DNA of 48,554 nucleotides, taken from assembly GCA_964016885.1 (NCBI GenBank), contig CAXHJY010001210.1, forward strand, positions 1 to 48,554, written 5' to 3'. The position numbers and the translations under genes were made by a program. Within the stretch, counting starts at the first letter, position 1. Each line of letters starts with the position of its first letter. The notes beneath the pieces were generated by a model, which did not search any database, had not been told where the DNA came from, and saw only the letters and a program-made list of their open reading frames with translations. Below, in pieces: positions 25,730-40,929 of this stretch. Source of the DNA: Eledone cirrhosa. Its lineage: Eukaryota.

Positions 25730-27812
25730 GTCCTACAATAGTGATAGCTGCGATAGTATATATGTCCTACAATAGTGATAGCTGCAATAGCATGTCTTAC
25801 AATAATGATAGCTGCAATAGTATATATGTCCTACAATAGTGATAGCTGCAATAGCATGTCTTACAATAGTGATAGCTGCAATAGTATGTCCTACAATAGT
25901 GATAGCTGCAATAGTATGTCCTACAATAGTGATAGCTGCAATAGTATGTCCTACAATAGTGATAGCTGCAATAGTATGTCCTACAATAATGATAGCTGCA
26001 ATAATATGTCCTACAATAGTGATAGCTGCAATAGTGTGTCCTACAATAGTGATAGCTGCAATAGTATGTCCCACTATAGTGATAGCTGCAATAGTGTGTC
26101 CTACAATAGTGATAGCTGCAATAGTATGTCCTACAATAATGATAGCTGCAATAATATGTCCTACAATAGTGATAGCTGCAATAGTATGTCCTACAATAGT
26201 GATAGCTGCAATAGTATATGTCCCACTATAGTGATAGCTGCAATAGTATGTCCTACAATAGTGATAGCTGCAATAGTATGTCCTACAATAGTGATAGCTG
26301 CAATAGTATGTCCTACAATAGTGATAGCTGCAATAGTATGTCCTACAATAGTGATAGCTGCAATAGTATGTCCCACTATAGTGATAGCTGCAATAGTATG
26401 TCCTACAATAGTGATAGCTGCAATAGTATGTCCTACAATAGTGATAGCTGCAATAGTATGTCCTACAATAGTGATAGCTGCAATAGTATATGTCCCACTA
26501 TAGTGATAGCTGCAATAGTATGTCCTACAATAGTGATAGCTGCAATAGTATATGTCCCACTATAGTGATAGCTGCAATAGTGTGTCCTACAATAGTGATA
26601 GCTGCAATAGTATATGTCCCACTATAGTGATAGCTGCAATAGTATGTCCTACAATAGTGATAGCTGCAATAGTATATATGTCCTACAATAGTGATAGCTG
26701 CAATAGTATATGTCCCACTATAGTGATAGCTGCAATAGTATGTCCCACAATAATGATAGCTGCAATAGTATATATGTCCTACAATAGTGATAGCTGCAAT
26801 AGTATGTCCTACAATAATGATAGCTGCAATAGTATATATGTCCTACAATAGTGATAGCTGCAATAGTATGTCCCACAATAATGATAGCTGCAATAGTATA
26901 TATGTCCTACAATAGTGATAGCTGCAATAGTATGTCCTACAATAGTGATAGCTGCAATAGTATATATGTCCTACAATAGTGATAGCTGCAATAGTATGTC
27001 CTACAATAGTGATAGCTGCAATAGTATGTCCTACAATAGTGATAGCTGCAATAGTATGTCCTACAATAGTGATAGCTGCAATAGTATGTCCTACAATAGT
27101 GATAGCTGCAATAGTATGTCCTACAATAGTGATAGCTGCAATAATATGTCCTACAATAGTGATAGCTGCAATAGTATGTCCTACAATAGTGATAGCTGCA
27201 ATAGTATGTCCCACTATAGTGATAGCTGCAATAGTATATGTCCCACTATAGTGATAGCTGCAATAGTGTGTCCCACAATAATGATAGCTGCAATAGTATA
27301 TATGTCCTACAATAGTGATAGCTGCAATAATATGTCCTACAATAGTGATAGCTGCAATAGTATGTCCTACAATAGTGATAGCTGCAATAGTATGTCCCAC
27401 TATAGTGATAGCTGCAATAGTATATGTCCCACTATAGTGATAGCTGCAATAGTATGTCCCACAATAATGATAGCTGCAATAGTATATATGTCCTACAATA
27501 GTGATAGCTGCAATAGTATGTCCTACAATAGTGATAGCTGCAATAGTATGTCCTACAATAGTGATAGCTGCAATAGTATGTCCTACAATAGTGATAGCTG
27601 CAATAATATGTCCTACAATAGTGATAGCTGCAATAATATGTCCTACAATAGTGATAGCTGCAATAGTGTGTCCTACAATAGTGATAGCTGCAATAGTATA
27701 TGTCCCACAATAGTGATAGCTGCATTAGTATGTCCCACAATAGTGATAGCTGCAATAGTATGTCCTACAATAGTGATAGCTGCAATAGTATGTCCCACTA
27801 TAGTGATAGCTG
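25730..27812. repeat. 30-bp minisatellite (~68 units), consensus tcctacaatagtgatagctgcaatagtatg
   Basis: Directly visible; 32/34-bp variants add TA; variant start tcccactatagtg. Confidence 0.98.
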
Positions 27813-27895
27813 GGAACAAATTAGTTTGTGACGGGAAAAAAAGATGTGATTTGATTAATAAACAACTAATAAAATATATAAATAAATAAAAAAAA

Positions 27896-28170
27896 GTATA
27901 GTATAGTATAGTATAGTATAGTATAGTATGATATAGTATAGTATAGCATAATATAGTATAGTATAGTATAGTATAGTATAGTATAGTATAGTATAGTATA
28001 GTATAGTATAGTATAGTATAGTATAGTATAGTATAGTATAGTATAGTATAGTATAGTATATTATAGTATAATATAGTATAGTTTAGTATAGTATAGTATT
28101 GTATAATATAGTATAGTACAGTATAGTATAGTGCAGTATAGTATAGTGTAGTGTAGTACAGTATAGTATA
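27896..28170. repeat. (TATAG)n pentanucleotide microsatellite
   Basis: Directly visible. Confidence 0.97.
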
Positions 28171-28396
28171 TATTCTATAGAAAAGAATACCCTTCAAAAT
28201 AATATACGACAACATATGTAAACGGTTAAATATCAAGTTGCTGATTATAGACCATATCAATATACTTGATAATGAAAATTGGAAATTGAAGAGGTCTTTG
28301 TTCTAGAATATATATTTATAAGTAGAGCGAGAGGGAGAGAGATAGATATAAAGGAAGGAGAGGAAAGATGGGGAGCTAGAGAGAGACAGAGACGGT

Positions 28397-28491
<95 letters not shown>

Positions 28492-28920
28492 GGGGTTTAA
28501 ACGCTGAATGATATCGTTTTTCCATGTTTCTAAGTAATATAATAGTTGACTCTATTATGATGTAACACATCAGATACTGCTGGATGGTCTCGTATGTTCG
28601 GTGTGTGTTTTATCATCGTTTTACCGACTGTCTGTCTGTGTATCTGTCTGTCAGTCTGTCAGTCTGTCAGACTGTCTGTATGTCTGTCTGTCAGTCTGTC
28701 TGCCTGTCAGTCTGTCTGTCTGTCTGTCGTTGATAGTAGAAGTCTTACACATCGGCTCTTCGATTTTGAATCTTTACTTGGTTATTTGTGAGTGTATTAT
28801 TTAAATTGTTTTACTGTTGTTGACTCTAACCCCTCGTCTGGGACTGTAGACGTAGGGTAAATATATTTTCGCTCCTTTTGGGGTGAAAAAATATTTAATT
28901 CAAAATGTTTATCTATATCG

Positions 28921-30720
28921 TTGAAAACGAGGAAGCCATATTGTAAGCTAACGCCACGCCCACCAAAAAAAAAAAGCGAGAAAGAGGGAACAACAATTCA
29001 AACTGTTGAACAACCCCTCCTCTCGAATGGAAAAAACACTATTAATTCGAGTGAAAACCTAAATTTTGAAGAAAAAAATAACAAGGAAATAAACACCACA
29101 AAAGATGAAACCAACAACATTGCAACAACAAGCAACAATAAACGAGGCGAAAGCAACAAAGACAAAAAAGTTTATTTTGCCCAAACGGTCAGGAAAGCTA
29201 TCGAGTACAAGCCCATAGACATTACAAACGCTAAGCAGAACTTGCTAAATGCCAGAAAATACGTATCTTTTGGGGAGGATGGTTCTTTTACGATCAACTC
29301 CCCAGAAGAAGTTCGTCAACAGGTATATAGGAATACCATAACCTTCAGGACTATATCCAACGCAACAAGAAAGCCAGCTCAATTGACAGAAAGTCAAATT
29401 GAGCTGGTGCTGAAAGACATAAAAAAAGACATACTCTTTATTGAAAGAGGAAAGTTGTATGTCAACATTATGGTCCGAATGAAGGACGAAATGCTGGCTT
29501 AAAAATGCTCGGTGGCACCTATAGTGTCACCACAATACACCTTCTTCCCCACGTATAAAGGAAGAAGGACACAAAGACTAAGAATGTGGAGCTCAACGCC
29601 AGAAGTAAACATCTGGTCCGTCCTGACAGGATTTACGGACCTAGAAAAGGACATCCTAATATCAGCAGGGGAGTCCACCAGTGGACTGTTCGGGGGGAAA
29701 AGTCTGGAGGTTCTCTTACAGATGACACCTGAGAGAATCGCCGGAATACCCGACCGAGTCCTACTAGATGGTCGAACCTTTATTAATATTACGGTGGAAG
29801 GCAGGAGGCCCTCATGTTACCACTGCGCTGGCAGAGGTCACCTGAAGACTGCCTGCCCTCTACTAACAGCAAAAAAACCACTGCTACAAACACCACAACA
29901 ACAAAAACAACCAGCACCACCACCACAAAAACAACAAAATACACTACCATCACAACCACAACGACAACAAAAACCAACAACACCACCTCCAGCACCACCA
30001 CCACCACAACAACAGCTCAAGAAAACAACCCAAAACACGGTCCCACCCAGTCCCTCCCCACAGAACACAAATACAAAAACACACGCAGTGCATACACAAC
30101 CTGGAAATATACCCCTCCCCTCCAATACGGAAGAGGAGCTCATATCCTCGGACGACGAGGGGGCTCCCTTCCAAAAAGTCAAAAGGAAAAAACGTACACG
30201 CACCACACAAACAAAAATAACCCCACCTGACAACACAACACAGACAACAAAACGCAAGCTCACGCAAGAACAACAAGCAAAAACAAACACAACAACACAA
30301 AAACTCTACACATACATAAACAAAAACAATAAAAACTTAACAAAAAAAATAGACAACAACCCTTCGGTACAAACCGAAGGGCCGAATTTTGCAATGGCAA
30401 TGGGACTCCCTAACCTGAAAATGGTGAAAGTCCCAATTGACATTTTCAAAACATTGAAAAACATTTACCCTGAGGACGTGGGGCCACCCTGCACCAGGCC
30501 ACTCAACAGCGTCCTCCTGAAAGGTTTTCCCCTCCTCTCCTCAAACACCCACACAATTCCAAACCCCCCAACCCCTCCACACACTAATACCCCCCCCCCC
30601 CCCTCCCACAACCCCCCACCCAACAACCCCTCCACCACCCCCATGGAAACTGAGCAGCCCGGACCCCGGAACGAGAGAGGTAAGTGCCTCTTTCTTTTAC
30701 CACCAACATGGCTGTGTTAA
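28921..30720 (+). pseudogene. LINE ORF1 (nucleic-acid binding, zinc knuckle) with one in-frame stop
   Basis: 28921-29502 and 29512-30720 are in the same frame, split by TAA at 29500; VEGRRPSCYHCAGRGHLKTACP knuckle; Pro/Gln/Thr-rich tail; basic KVKRKKR. Confidence 0.85.
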
Positions 30721-33700
30721 GGGTAGGTTGTCTAAATGCGCGTGGCCTGGGCTCACCTTGGAAGCAAGCTAAACTTCTAAATGATCTCAGGTCACAATGT
30801 TTAAATGTGATGGTTATTTGCGAGGCCCGGATCAGCAGCGTGCGGCAACTAGCCCCCACCTTTGATGACTTTGAGATGCACGCATCTCTCTGTCAGCCCG
30901 GGGGTGGGGGTGGGGTTGTCGTTCTGCTGCAAAAACATCTAGGTCTCGCTACACAGACAGTACACTTGGACCCGGAGGGTCGACTCGTGGTTCTGGACCT
31001 TGGCAGTGGTGAAGGCGAAGCTTTTATGCTTGTCGCCGTATACGCTCCTTTTGGGGCAATGCGGTCGGACTTCTTCCATCGTCTGGAGACTTTTCTAGGG
31101 ACGTCCAGCTCCTTGCTTTTAGTGGGGGACTGGAATGGTATCCTAGATGCACGTTGGGACTATGTAGGGGCATGTCCCGATAGAGGGGGGTGTAACAGCC
31201 TCAAGGGGTTAATCGGCCGATTTGACCTGGCCGATAGATATCGACTAGATTTTCCGACTGTGCCAACCTGGACTTGGTCAAATAACAGTGGTCAATCTAG
31301 ATCGTACCTAGATAAGTTCTTAGTTACAATTAAGGATAGGAACTTTTTAAGTTGTCCAGAAATGCTCATGGTGGGCTATTCAGACCACAAGTTAGTGACC
31401 TGCGTAGTCCACCTTGATAGAACGCATAGGCAGGGACCCGGTTACTGGAAGCTCAACTTGTCCTTACCGGCAAGTAGAGCTTACAGGGACCGGATTAGAA
31501 CCTTAGTTAAGGAGCGGTTGACGGGCGCCATCGTCAACAGCAGGTGGCGGGGCTCTCTAAAAAGAGAGATTAGAGTAGTTTCAATAGGAGTTAGTAATGA
31601 GTTAGCCTCAGATACAAATAGGAAGGAAAGGGAGTTGGTAGTTAATGTTGAAGAGGCAATGAGAAGCGGTAACGTGGCCAGAGTGCAAGCGTCGAAAACG
31701 GCCTTGAACCAGTTCTTCGACGCGAAACACGAAGGCTGCGTTGTCCGAAGCAAAATACGTGCTCTGGGAAACGAGGGGACCAAAGCTGTTAGCTGGGCCC
31801 GCGTGACAGAAGCGAAAAGTGGGATTAGATCCACTATCCGGTCTTTGCGAGACCAGGATGGACGGGTGATCCTTGAACCTAAGCAAATGTGCGAGGCCTT
31901 TCAAAGACACATTGCCCGATTGTTCAGGAGGGGCGGGGGGCCGGTTGGAGATGTGGATTTCGGTCCATACCTCAACGGCCAGCCGCGTCTTTCGGACAAG
32001 GAGGCGATCTCAGCTGCGACGGGCCGATCTCAGCTGCTGAAATAGGGGACGTGCTGAGCCTATGCGGCAAACGCAAATCTCCAGGGCTCGATGGTCTGCC
32101 CTATGAACTATATATTAATATGCCGGACTTGTTCCCCGATCTCCTCGAGGCGGTCTACTACAACTGGCAACAGAACGGGAGAATTCCCTGTTCTGTGGCC
32201 AAGGGCGTAGTCTCGCTAGTGAGGAAGAACGAGAACAAGGGGGATGACATTAGTAATTTTAGGCCCATAACTCTGCTAAATGCAGAGTTAAAGATTTTGG
32301 CCAAGGTGTTAGCGAAGAGGTTGGCGCTTGTCGTGGTGGGCCTGGTGGGAGATGCGCAGACATGCGCTATCCCGTCCAGGTCCATCCACGACAACCTCCA
32401 CCTCATGCGATACATCATAGAGAGGGTTGGGAATGAACCCGGCTTTGGTGGGGCCCTGATAAATTTAGATCAGTCTAAAGCGTTCGATGGTTACCTGGAT
32501 GCGGTGCTAGCGGCGGCTGGTTTCGGACCCGTTTTCAGGGGCTGGATCACTGCCATGCACAGCAGCCGCATCTGCTCTAGAGTCAAGGTGAACGGCTACC
32601 TCTCGGAGCCGTTCGAAATCACCCGCTCCATCCGACAGGGGTGCCCTCTCTCCTCCCTTCTGTATGTATTGGCTCTCGAGCCACTACTGCGGAAGTTGGA
32701 GTTGTTGCAGGGCATCCCTTTGGAACCGGGATTGCGCAAAGTGGTGTCGGCCTACGCCGATGACGTAACAGTAATGGTGTCGACCACCGCGGAAATAGAG
32801 GCAATGGGCATCTTACTGGAGGAGTACGAAAGGTTGACAGGGGCTAAGCTGAACCGGGACAAGTCAGTCGCTTTGCAACTCGGCGACTGGAGGGGCAAAG
32901 CGATGTTGTCCAACGGTATCGTCGGACGGTGGACGGAGAGCCCGGTGAAGTTGCTTGGGGTCTGGTTCGGACCGGACCTCCAGGTGGAGAAAAACTGGGG
33001 TGAGGTAACGAATAGGGTGTTTGCACTGACCCAGAAGTGGGCCGAGTGCAAACTATCCCTGAAAGGTCGGGCGGAGTTGGCGAACTCTTACATAGCGTCC
33101 GTCATCTATTACCGCTTGACTGTCGTGCCTTGCCCGGGTGAGATCCTCGCCAAAATGGAGCGCGCCCTCTTTTATTTCCTTTGGAAGAAGAGGTCTCCTC
33201 TGGTGAGGAGATCTATCTGCTGTCAGCACCGATTGAAAGGAGGGCTGGGGATGCCGTGGCTAAAAATGCGTAAACACGCATTGAGGCTAAGGCACCTCCA
33301 GGTATTCCTCACCAGTCAACCGGTGTGGGCCCCGTTTGTGAGGCGAGCCTTGCCGAGGCTCGTCTCGCTCACCGAGCTGCAGTCCTGGGTGAAGCAAAGA
33401 CCGAGAAAACTGGGCGACTGGCACACCGAGTGTGCCCAGGCGCTCACGGCTCTCTGGCAGGCGGACCCGGCTATCGATGGAGACTCCACCTCGTCATTCT
33501 ATAGAGGGCTGGTGGTTAGCAGGTGCGACGACGCCCTCGGAGAAACCCTAGGCATGGAGGAGGACGAACTGGCTATTCGGTAGGACTTTCGGGCCGGGAC
33601 CTATGGACAACTTCCAGAAGTCCTTGGCCTGGCAGTGCTACCGAGGGGCTCTGCCCGTTCGGGATAAGCTCTACAGACACGGGCGCCCGGGTAGGGAGCC

Positions 33701-34130
33701 CTCGAAAAAGATCTGTCCGAAATGCGTGCGCGACGAGGAAACCGTTGTGCACGCATTGGTGCACTGCCCGGGCGTTGCCGATCTGTGGGGCTATGTCGAA
33801 CAACTGCTGTCACGGGTGGGACCAATTAGGTTGACCACCGAGTCCATTGTAACGATCAAGCCGCCTCCTCCCTTCAAAAATGAAGGAGAGGCGGTCTTCC
33901 TCTGTGTAATAGCCTTGGTAAAATAGGTTATATGGTGGACGCGTCTGAAAGGGCTGAGGTCGGACACCTTTCTTTCCGGCCAACAACTGGTCCTTTTCTT
34001 CCGATACCATTTCGGAAGAAGGATCAGGATGGAGAGAGAGGTGCTCCACTCCAGCCAGTTTTATGAAAGGTGGGTGAAAGTTGCGAGAATGGCCCGTGTG
34101 AATGGGCCTTCTCTCTACCTCAGCCTGTAG
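30708..34130 (+). pseudogene. LINE ORF2 (AP endonuclease + reverse transcriptase + Cys-rich C-terminus), disrupted
   Basis: ATG at 30708; APE motifs LNARGL, VYAP, GDWN, SYLD, SDH; RT motifs KSPGLDG, FRPITLLN, DQSKAFD, RQGCPLS, YADD; C-terminal CPKC..ETVVHALVHC. Frameshifts at ~32010 and ~33580, stop at 33924, frame continues to TAG 34128-34130. Confidence 0.93.
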
Positions 34131-35439
34131 GTGGAAAAGGAAGAAGGGAGCAACCACTCTTTGTGCTCCCGTGGAGAAGGGTCGCACATTTTTTGGGGGG
34201 GGTGTGTGTGACCCCAAAACGATCCCTCCCTATTGAGGACCTTCTTGTTACAATTTTATTTATTACATTTTTCTTACTCGATTTTTATGTAAACTCCCCC
34301 CCCCCATGTACATGCCCCTTTCTTTTGTGCCCTAGTGGCAAATAAACAGAAATTAGTCTCTCTGTCTGCCTGTCTGCCTGTCTGTCTGTCTGTCTGGCTG
34401 GCTGTTTGTCTGCTTGGGTTTCTTGAGCAGACTGTAATAAACATTTGAGTTAGATTCTCAGTCTGAGGGCACCTTACTCTCCTGATTCGCCACAGCCGCC
34501 CCAACTTTGAACTCCTTGTAAAGAATTATAAGCAGTGGCTTTCTCTCTTTGATTAAAAAGTTCAAGTCATCTAACTTCACTTCTACGAGTATAGAATGGG
34601 AAGAAACATAGATTAAACCCACAATATTTTTTACGCTGACTAAGACACCATCAACGTGATGTTGGAATCAACGTTAGAAACCACCTAATATAAAAGCTTT
34701 AAATACATAATAATAAAAACAAAAATATTTATGTAAGATCCCAGCAAGTTAAGTTAAATATTACGAAAATTACATTAGCCAGTTAATCTCACCACACTGA
34801 TAAAATAAAATGAAATAAAATAAGATAAAATAAATGCTCTTAAATATCGATAAGGAAGTAATTTTATTCTCATCTGTGAACGACGACAGTGTTATATCAA
34901 TGATATTCTAATGACATTGAATAAGAGATACATTAAAGGCGGGAATGAATTCAATTATTACAGTGAAAATTACTTACGTAACCTATATGTTATCTGTAAA
35001 GTGTTAACCGCATAGCTAGCATAACCGGATAAAACCAGATATCACTAGATATCACCTGATATTACTTCATATCAATAGACCGAATTTTGTTCTGTTTGAA
35101 AAGATATTTGAATTAATTATGACATAATCTAAATAGCGCTAATGAATTATTCTTGTTGAGTTGCTGGCGATGGAAGCAGACAGTGATGGTTTAATATTCC
35201 TAAAAATAATAAATATGTGATAAAGAGATTTGTGAAAAAAAATAATAATAATAATGATAAAATTGACAAACAGAAATAAATTTAAGATTTTTTTGGTGAT
35301 TTTTTTTTGTTTAAACTTGGGTTTCTTTTAACGTGTTGAACATGTTCTAAATTATTTAATAGAAAAAGATAGGAAAAACTTACGTAACTCATCAGTGACG
35401 TAATGAAAATTATTTGGTGTTGTCGATTAGCTATATCTA

Positions 35440-35441
<2 letters not shown>

Positions 35442-35515
<74 letters not shown>

Positions 35516-35563
35516 TGTATATATATATATATATATTATATGTATATATATATATATTATATG

Positions 35564-35646
<83 letters not shown>

Positions 35647-35712
35647 TGTATATATATATATATCATATGTATATATATATATATATATATTATATGTATA
35701 TATATATATATA

Positions 35713-35756
<44 letters not shown>

Positions 35757-35841
35757 TATATATATATATATATTATATGTATATATATATATATATGTAT
35801 ATATATATGTATATATATGTATATATATATGTATATATATG

Positions 35842-35904
<63 letters not shown>

Positions 35905-35923
35905 ATATATATGTATATATATG

Positions 35924-35956
<33 letters not shown>

Positions 35957-35969
35957 GTATATATATATG

Positions 35970-36020
<51 letters not shown>

Positions 36021-36042
36021 TATATAAATATGTATATATATA

Positions 36043-36111
<69 letters not shown>

Positions 36112-36234
36112 ATATATGTATATATATATGTATATATTTATATATATGCATATATATATATATATATGTATATATATATGTATATATATATATATATGTA
36201 TATATAGATGTATATATATATGTATATATATATG

Positions 36235-36314
<80 letters not shown>

Positions 36315-36324
36315 TATATATATA
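35442..36324. repeat. ~880-bp interrupted (TA)n tract, the largest of dozens of TA/CA/GA microsatellites in the window
   Basis: Directly visible. Confidence 0.98.
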
Positions 36325-36534
36325 CTACCCATAAGATCGCATTCCCTGTGGTGTAACGTAACGGTTCAGAATTCCTAACAGTTATACCAGAGCTCCCAGC
36401 AAGTTAATATTTCACATTAACAGGTGAAAAGTAAGGTTACAATTATCGTACTTTCGAAATATGTTGAATCATCTCAATTTATAAATGCGAAGTATATTTT
36501 AACTTATTTCTTTGATATATTATTTATGAAAAAG

Positions 36535-36930
36535 TGCAGTATCAGCAGAGTGTCGGACACCATGCTTTGCAACATAGAGTTACGGCTCTTTACGTTCTGA
36601 TTTCAAATCCTGCTGAGGTTACCTTTGTTTTTCATCCTTACGGGGTCCATAAAATAAATTACCATTAAGCATTGTGGTCGATTTAATCGACTGCCCCCCC
36701 CCCTTTCAAATTGCTAGCCTTCCTTGTGCCTAAATCAGAAACCATTGATTTGCAGTATCGGTAGAGGGTCGGACGCCATGCTTTCCAGCATAGTTACGTC
36801 CCTTTACGATCTGAGTTCAAACCCCGCCGAGGTTGACTTTGCCTTTCATCCTTACGGGGTCGATAAAATAAAGTACCAGTAATGCACTGGGTAATTGCTG
36901 GCCTTGTGCCTAAATCAGAAACCATTATTT
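36535..36930 (+). mobile_element. Two tandem SINEs (same family)
   Basis: Copies at ~36535-36745 and ~36752-36930, both ending ccttgtgcctaaatcagaaaccatt. Confidence 0.85.
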
Positions 36931-38133
36931 ATGAAAAAGGAATTGCAGTATGGATTGCTCTATGAGAGGTTAACATATATGAATTATATATTCTTAAAAC
37001 TCACAACATGAGATCAATATTTTCCATTTTATTATTTTCCCATGCAGTTATTTGTGTTCTAGTGCTGTTGGATTCCCTCTTTAAAGGATTTATGTTGTGG
37101 CTTAATATTTTTGAAAAGAAACCCATTGGCCATTCACACAGGTTAAGATACATCATCTTCTAGTACGGGATGACGTATTGAGAACGTCAATACCAATATA
37201 TTTCCTCAGTACCAAAACTTCACAGCATCAGACGAAAACCAAAATATGTTTAGCAGGTGAACTATATTTAAATTTCAATACAAGTTTCTGTCCCGTAACA
37301 TGCTTATCAACATAAGCTTTCTGTAAACAAAGCCCTACCTTGTTAATGTGATGGAAGCTAAATCCCCTAAAAACTCGTTGTGAAAATAAGAAAATAACAG
37401 CGATATATACCTAGACGTTTCTACGCACGAAAGCTGCACCTGGAGTTGAAACAGACATATTTATTCTTTAACCAAATGCTGGTTGCATTAATCCTCCAAG
37501 AACACAATATTTAATTCTCCTAATCTCACGAAAATATGTCAGTCCCATAGAAAACTTTCCACATAAATACTTTTAACTGATAAATCCGCCTGTAAGAACT
37601 TACATAAAACAAATCTTTCCAGTATTTAATATGGTGGAATTCACATATTTTGAGGACAAAACAAAGTAACGAAGGAAAAGATGGATGGAAGATTCTTGAT
37701 CACCCGTTGCTTCGGTGACTATATCTTATACCAAACAAATAATTTGATGTGTTTCCAGGTGCTAGAAACATCAAGATCACTGGGTGTATATCTGAAAATG
37801 ACATAGGAGGAAGCCAAAGTAGAAAGTTATAGAGGAAAAAATAAAAGAATCTTTCATGGGAGTCCCTGCGGCATGATTCCCAGGTCATACTAATGCCATA
37901 TCTAAAATATATACACGATAAGTTCATGTTAGAACTAAATTATAGCTAGGATATACCTCCAAGTAATTCATAAGGTTTTACATTCATAAATATATGTTAT
38001 AAGTTTTTCTCGTAGGAAGGACAAGTTTAAATTAAATAGTTTACCACTGGGTAGAATTGATCGTTCTGCCAAGTTAATCATAATGTAATAAGAGAAAAGC
38101 ACTCGATGTTATGCAACTCATCCTTCTTCAATG

Positions 38134-38300
<167 letters not shown>

Positions 38301-38535
38301 TATATAAATATATATATATATTATATATATACATGTATTTATAGGTGCAAATATATATTTATATATATACCTATCTATGCACTCTCTCACACACACACAC
38401 ATGCATATATACAAATATACATATATATTCAGCCATATTTATGTATATATATATAAATATGGCTGAATATATATGTATATTTGTATATATGCATCTGTGT
38501 GTGTGTGTGAGAGAGTGCATAGATAGGTATATAGT

Positions 38536-38608
<73 letters not shown>

Positions 38609-38848
38609 GTGCGCATATTAGTGTTTTTGAGTGCGTTGGATGGACAGAATACACAACAGCAACGAAGCAAGATCCAAATATATTATATTTTCTTTATATA
38701 TATATATATATGTTGTATACAAGAACTGCTGCACAAATAAATATCACTGTCCGGTATTAGAGCATTATTCTTGGAAAATAAGAAATGGTATTTTCTGGGT
38801 CACATCGCTCCCCGCACGTCATAATTCCAGCAACAAACTTCACTCACT

Positions 38849-38929
<81 letters not shown>

Positions 38930-38930
38930 G

Positions 38931-38983
<53 letters not shown>

Positions 38984-39144
38984 GCAGAGAGAGAGACAGC
39001 AATGGCGTTTTATATAATCCCGTTGAATAATCGCATTAGAGCGAGAGAAAGAGAGGCTTAACCTATGGGATTGTGGTGAATATGTGCTACTAGATCGTAC
39101 AGTGTGATTCTTAATACATTTATCTCTCTCTCTCTCTCTCTCTC

Positions 39145-39206
<62 letters not shown>

Positions 39207-39280
39207 TGTGTATACGTGTGTATACATGTTTATATATATATATCTGTATATATATATACATGTTTATATATATATATCTG

Positions 39281-39311
<31 letters not shown>

Positions 39312-39312
39312 T

Positions 39313-39378
<66 letters not shown>

Positions 39379-39484
39379 TAGATGGATAGACAGATAAATA
39401 GATATAGGTACATAGGTACATATGTGATTCTTAATACATTTATATATATATCTGTATATATATATATATATATCTGTATATATA

Positions 39485-39530
<46 letters not shown>

Positions 39531-39540
39531 TATATATATA

Positions 39541-39615
<75 letters not shown>

Positions 39616-39951
39616 ATAGATAGATAGATAGACAGAGAAATAGATATAGATACATAGGTACATATATGTTTGTATATATGTATATATAAGAGAAACTCGA
39701 ATTTGCGAGTGCTTTTCACTCTACTTGCTAATTCCGTGGAAATGTTTCTGTTCCTATTAAACAGCGCTCTAATCGATTGTTATATATCAAGAAAAAGGAG
39801 ACCTATGGTAAATTTGAAATAGATGTGCATACACACACACATATACATTCATATATGTATATCGCGCACGGTAAAATGAAGTAATTTGCTCTCCCTACCC
39901 AAGTGCGTATATATATATATATATACATATATATATGTGTGTATATATATA

Positions 39952-40007
<56 letters not shown>

Positions 40008-40011
<4 letters not shown>

Positions 40012-40696
40012 AACGTAAAATAAGAGAATTATAATAATTAGCTTACTTACTTAAATTTCACTCCAACTAATTAGTTTCTGAAAGGGAATATACATAGTTT
40101 CCAAATAGAGACCATGGAGAAACCTTTTCTTCATCAGGGAGTCTCAGCTAAGATATACCTTGCATAGGTATACATCTGTATATATATGTTGGTAGATATA
40201 CTCATTCTTTATAATTATCTCCAAATTATTTTGTTGAGCAAAAATTTGCCAAAATTACTACTATAGTTCATAGTAACAGCTTGGCTACTGTCTTTTTAGC
40301 ACCCCACTCCTCACTGAATAACCTCGATGTCACGTAATTGATTCTTTTGAATTTGCCACCGAACAAGAAGGCAGTGATTTTTTCAGTGTCTTGGAATTTA
40401 GTCCCCGCTTGCTCTTTTCCATCCACTGAATTATTTTTGTATAAGTTCCCTGTGTCCGCGCATCGCTAGGTATCTTAGCTGAGAATGACTCCCTGATGAA
40501 GAAAAGGTTTCTCCATCGTCCCCATTTGTTGGAGGGAAATTTAAGTAAGTAAGCTAATTACTATAATTTTCTTATTTTACGTTTTTCATGTAATTGTTCT
40601 GCATCCCCTTGCATTGAACCACAAAGTTACTAAGACAAAACCTATATATTTGCTTGCATAGGTATACATCTGTATATATATGTTGGTAGATATACT

Positions 40697-40702
<6 letters not shown>
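40008..40702. mobile_element. Second family B copy with an internal inversion
   Basis: 40008-40152 is inverted relative to ~40474-40588; 40157-40208 repeated at 40653-40702; sequence matches 4151-4835. Confidence 0.75.
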
Positions 40703-40745
<43 letters not shown>

Positions 40746-40763
40746 ACTCTCTCTCTCTCTCAC

Positions 40764-40803
<40 letters not shown>

Positions 40804-40870
40804 TGTATATTTATATATATATATATATATATATATTTTGTATTATATATATATATATATATATATTTTG

Positions 40871-40929
<59 letters not shown>

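Larger units (their letters stand above)
28728..34356 (+). mobile_element. Near full-length L1/Tx1-clade non-LTR retrotransposon (decayed)
   Basis: ORF1 with CCHC knuckle; ORF2 APE-RT-Cys domain; AATAAA near 34341; (TCTG)n tracts on both sides; GC-rich relative to the flanks. Confidence 0.92.

Noticed and set aside
25733-28260. Repetitive ORFs and CRISPR-like periodicity
   Set aside because: Head-to-tail 30-mers with no unique spacers and no cas genes, in a eukaryotic context
29789-34504. Antisense and alternative-frame ORFs within the LINE
   Set aside because: Shadows of GC-rich coding sequence with no recognisable motifs
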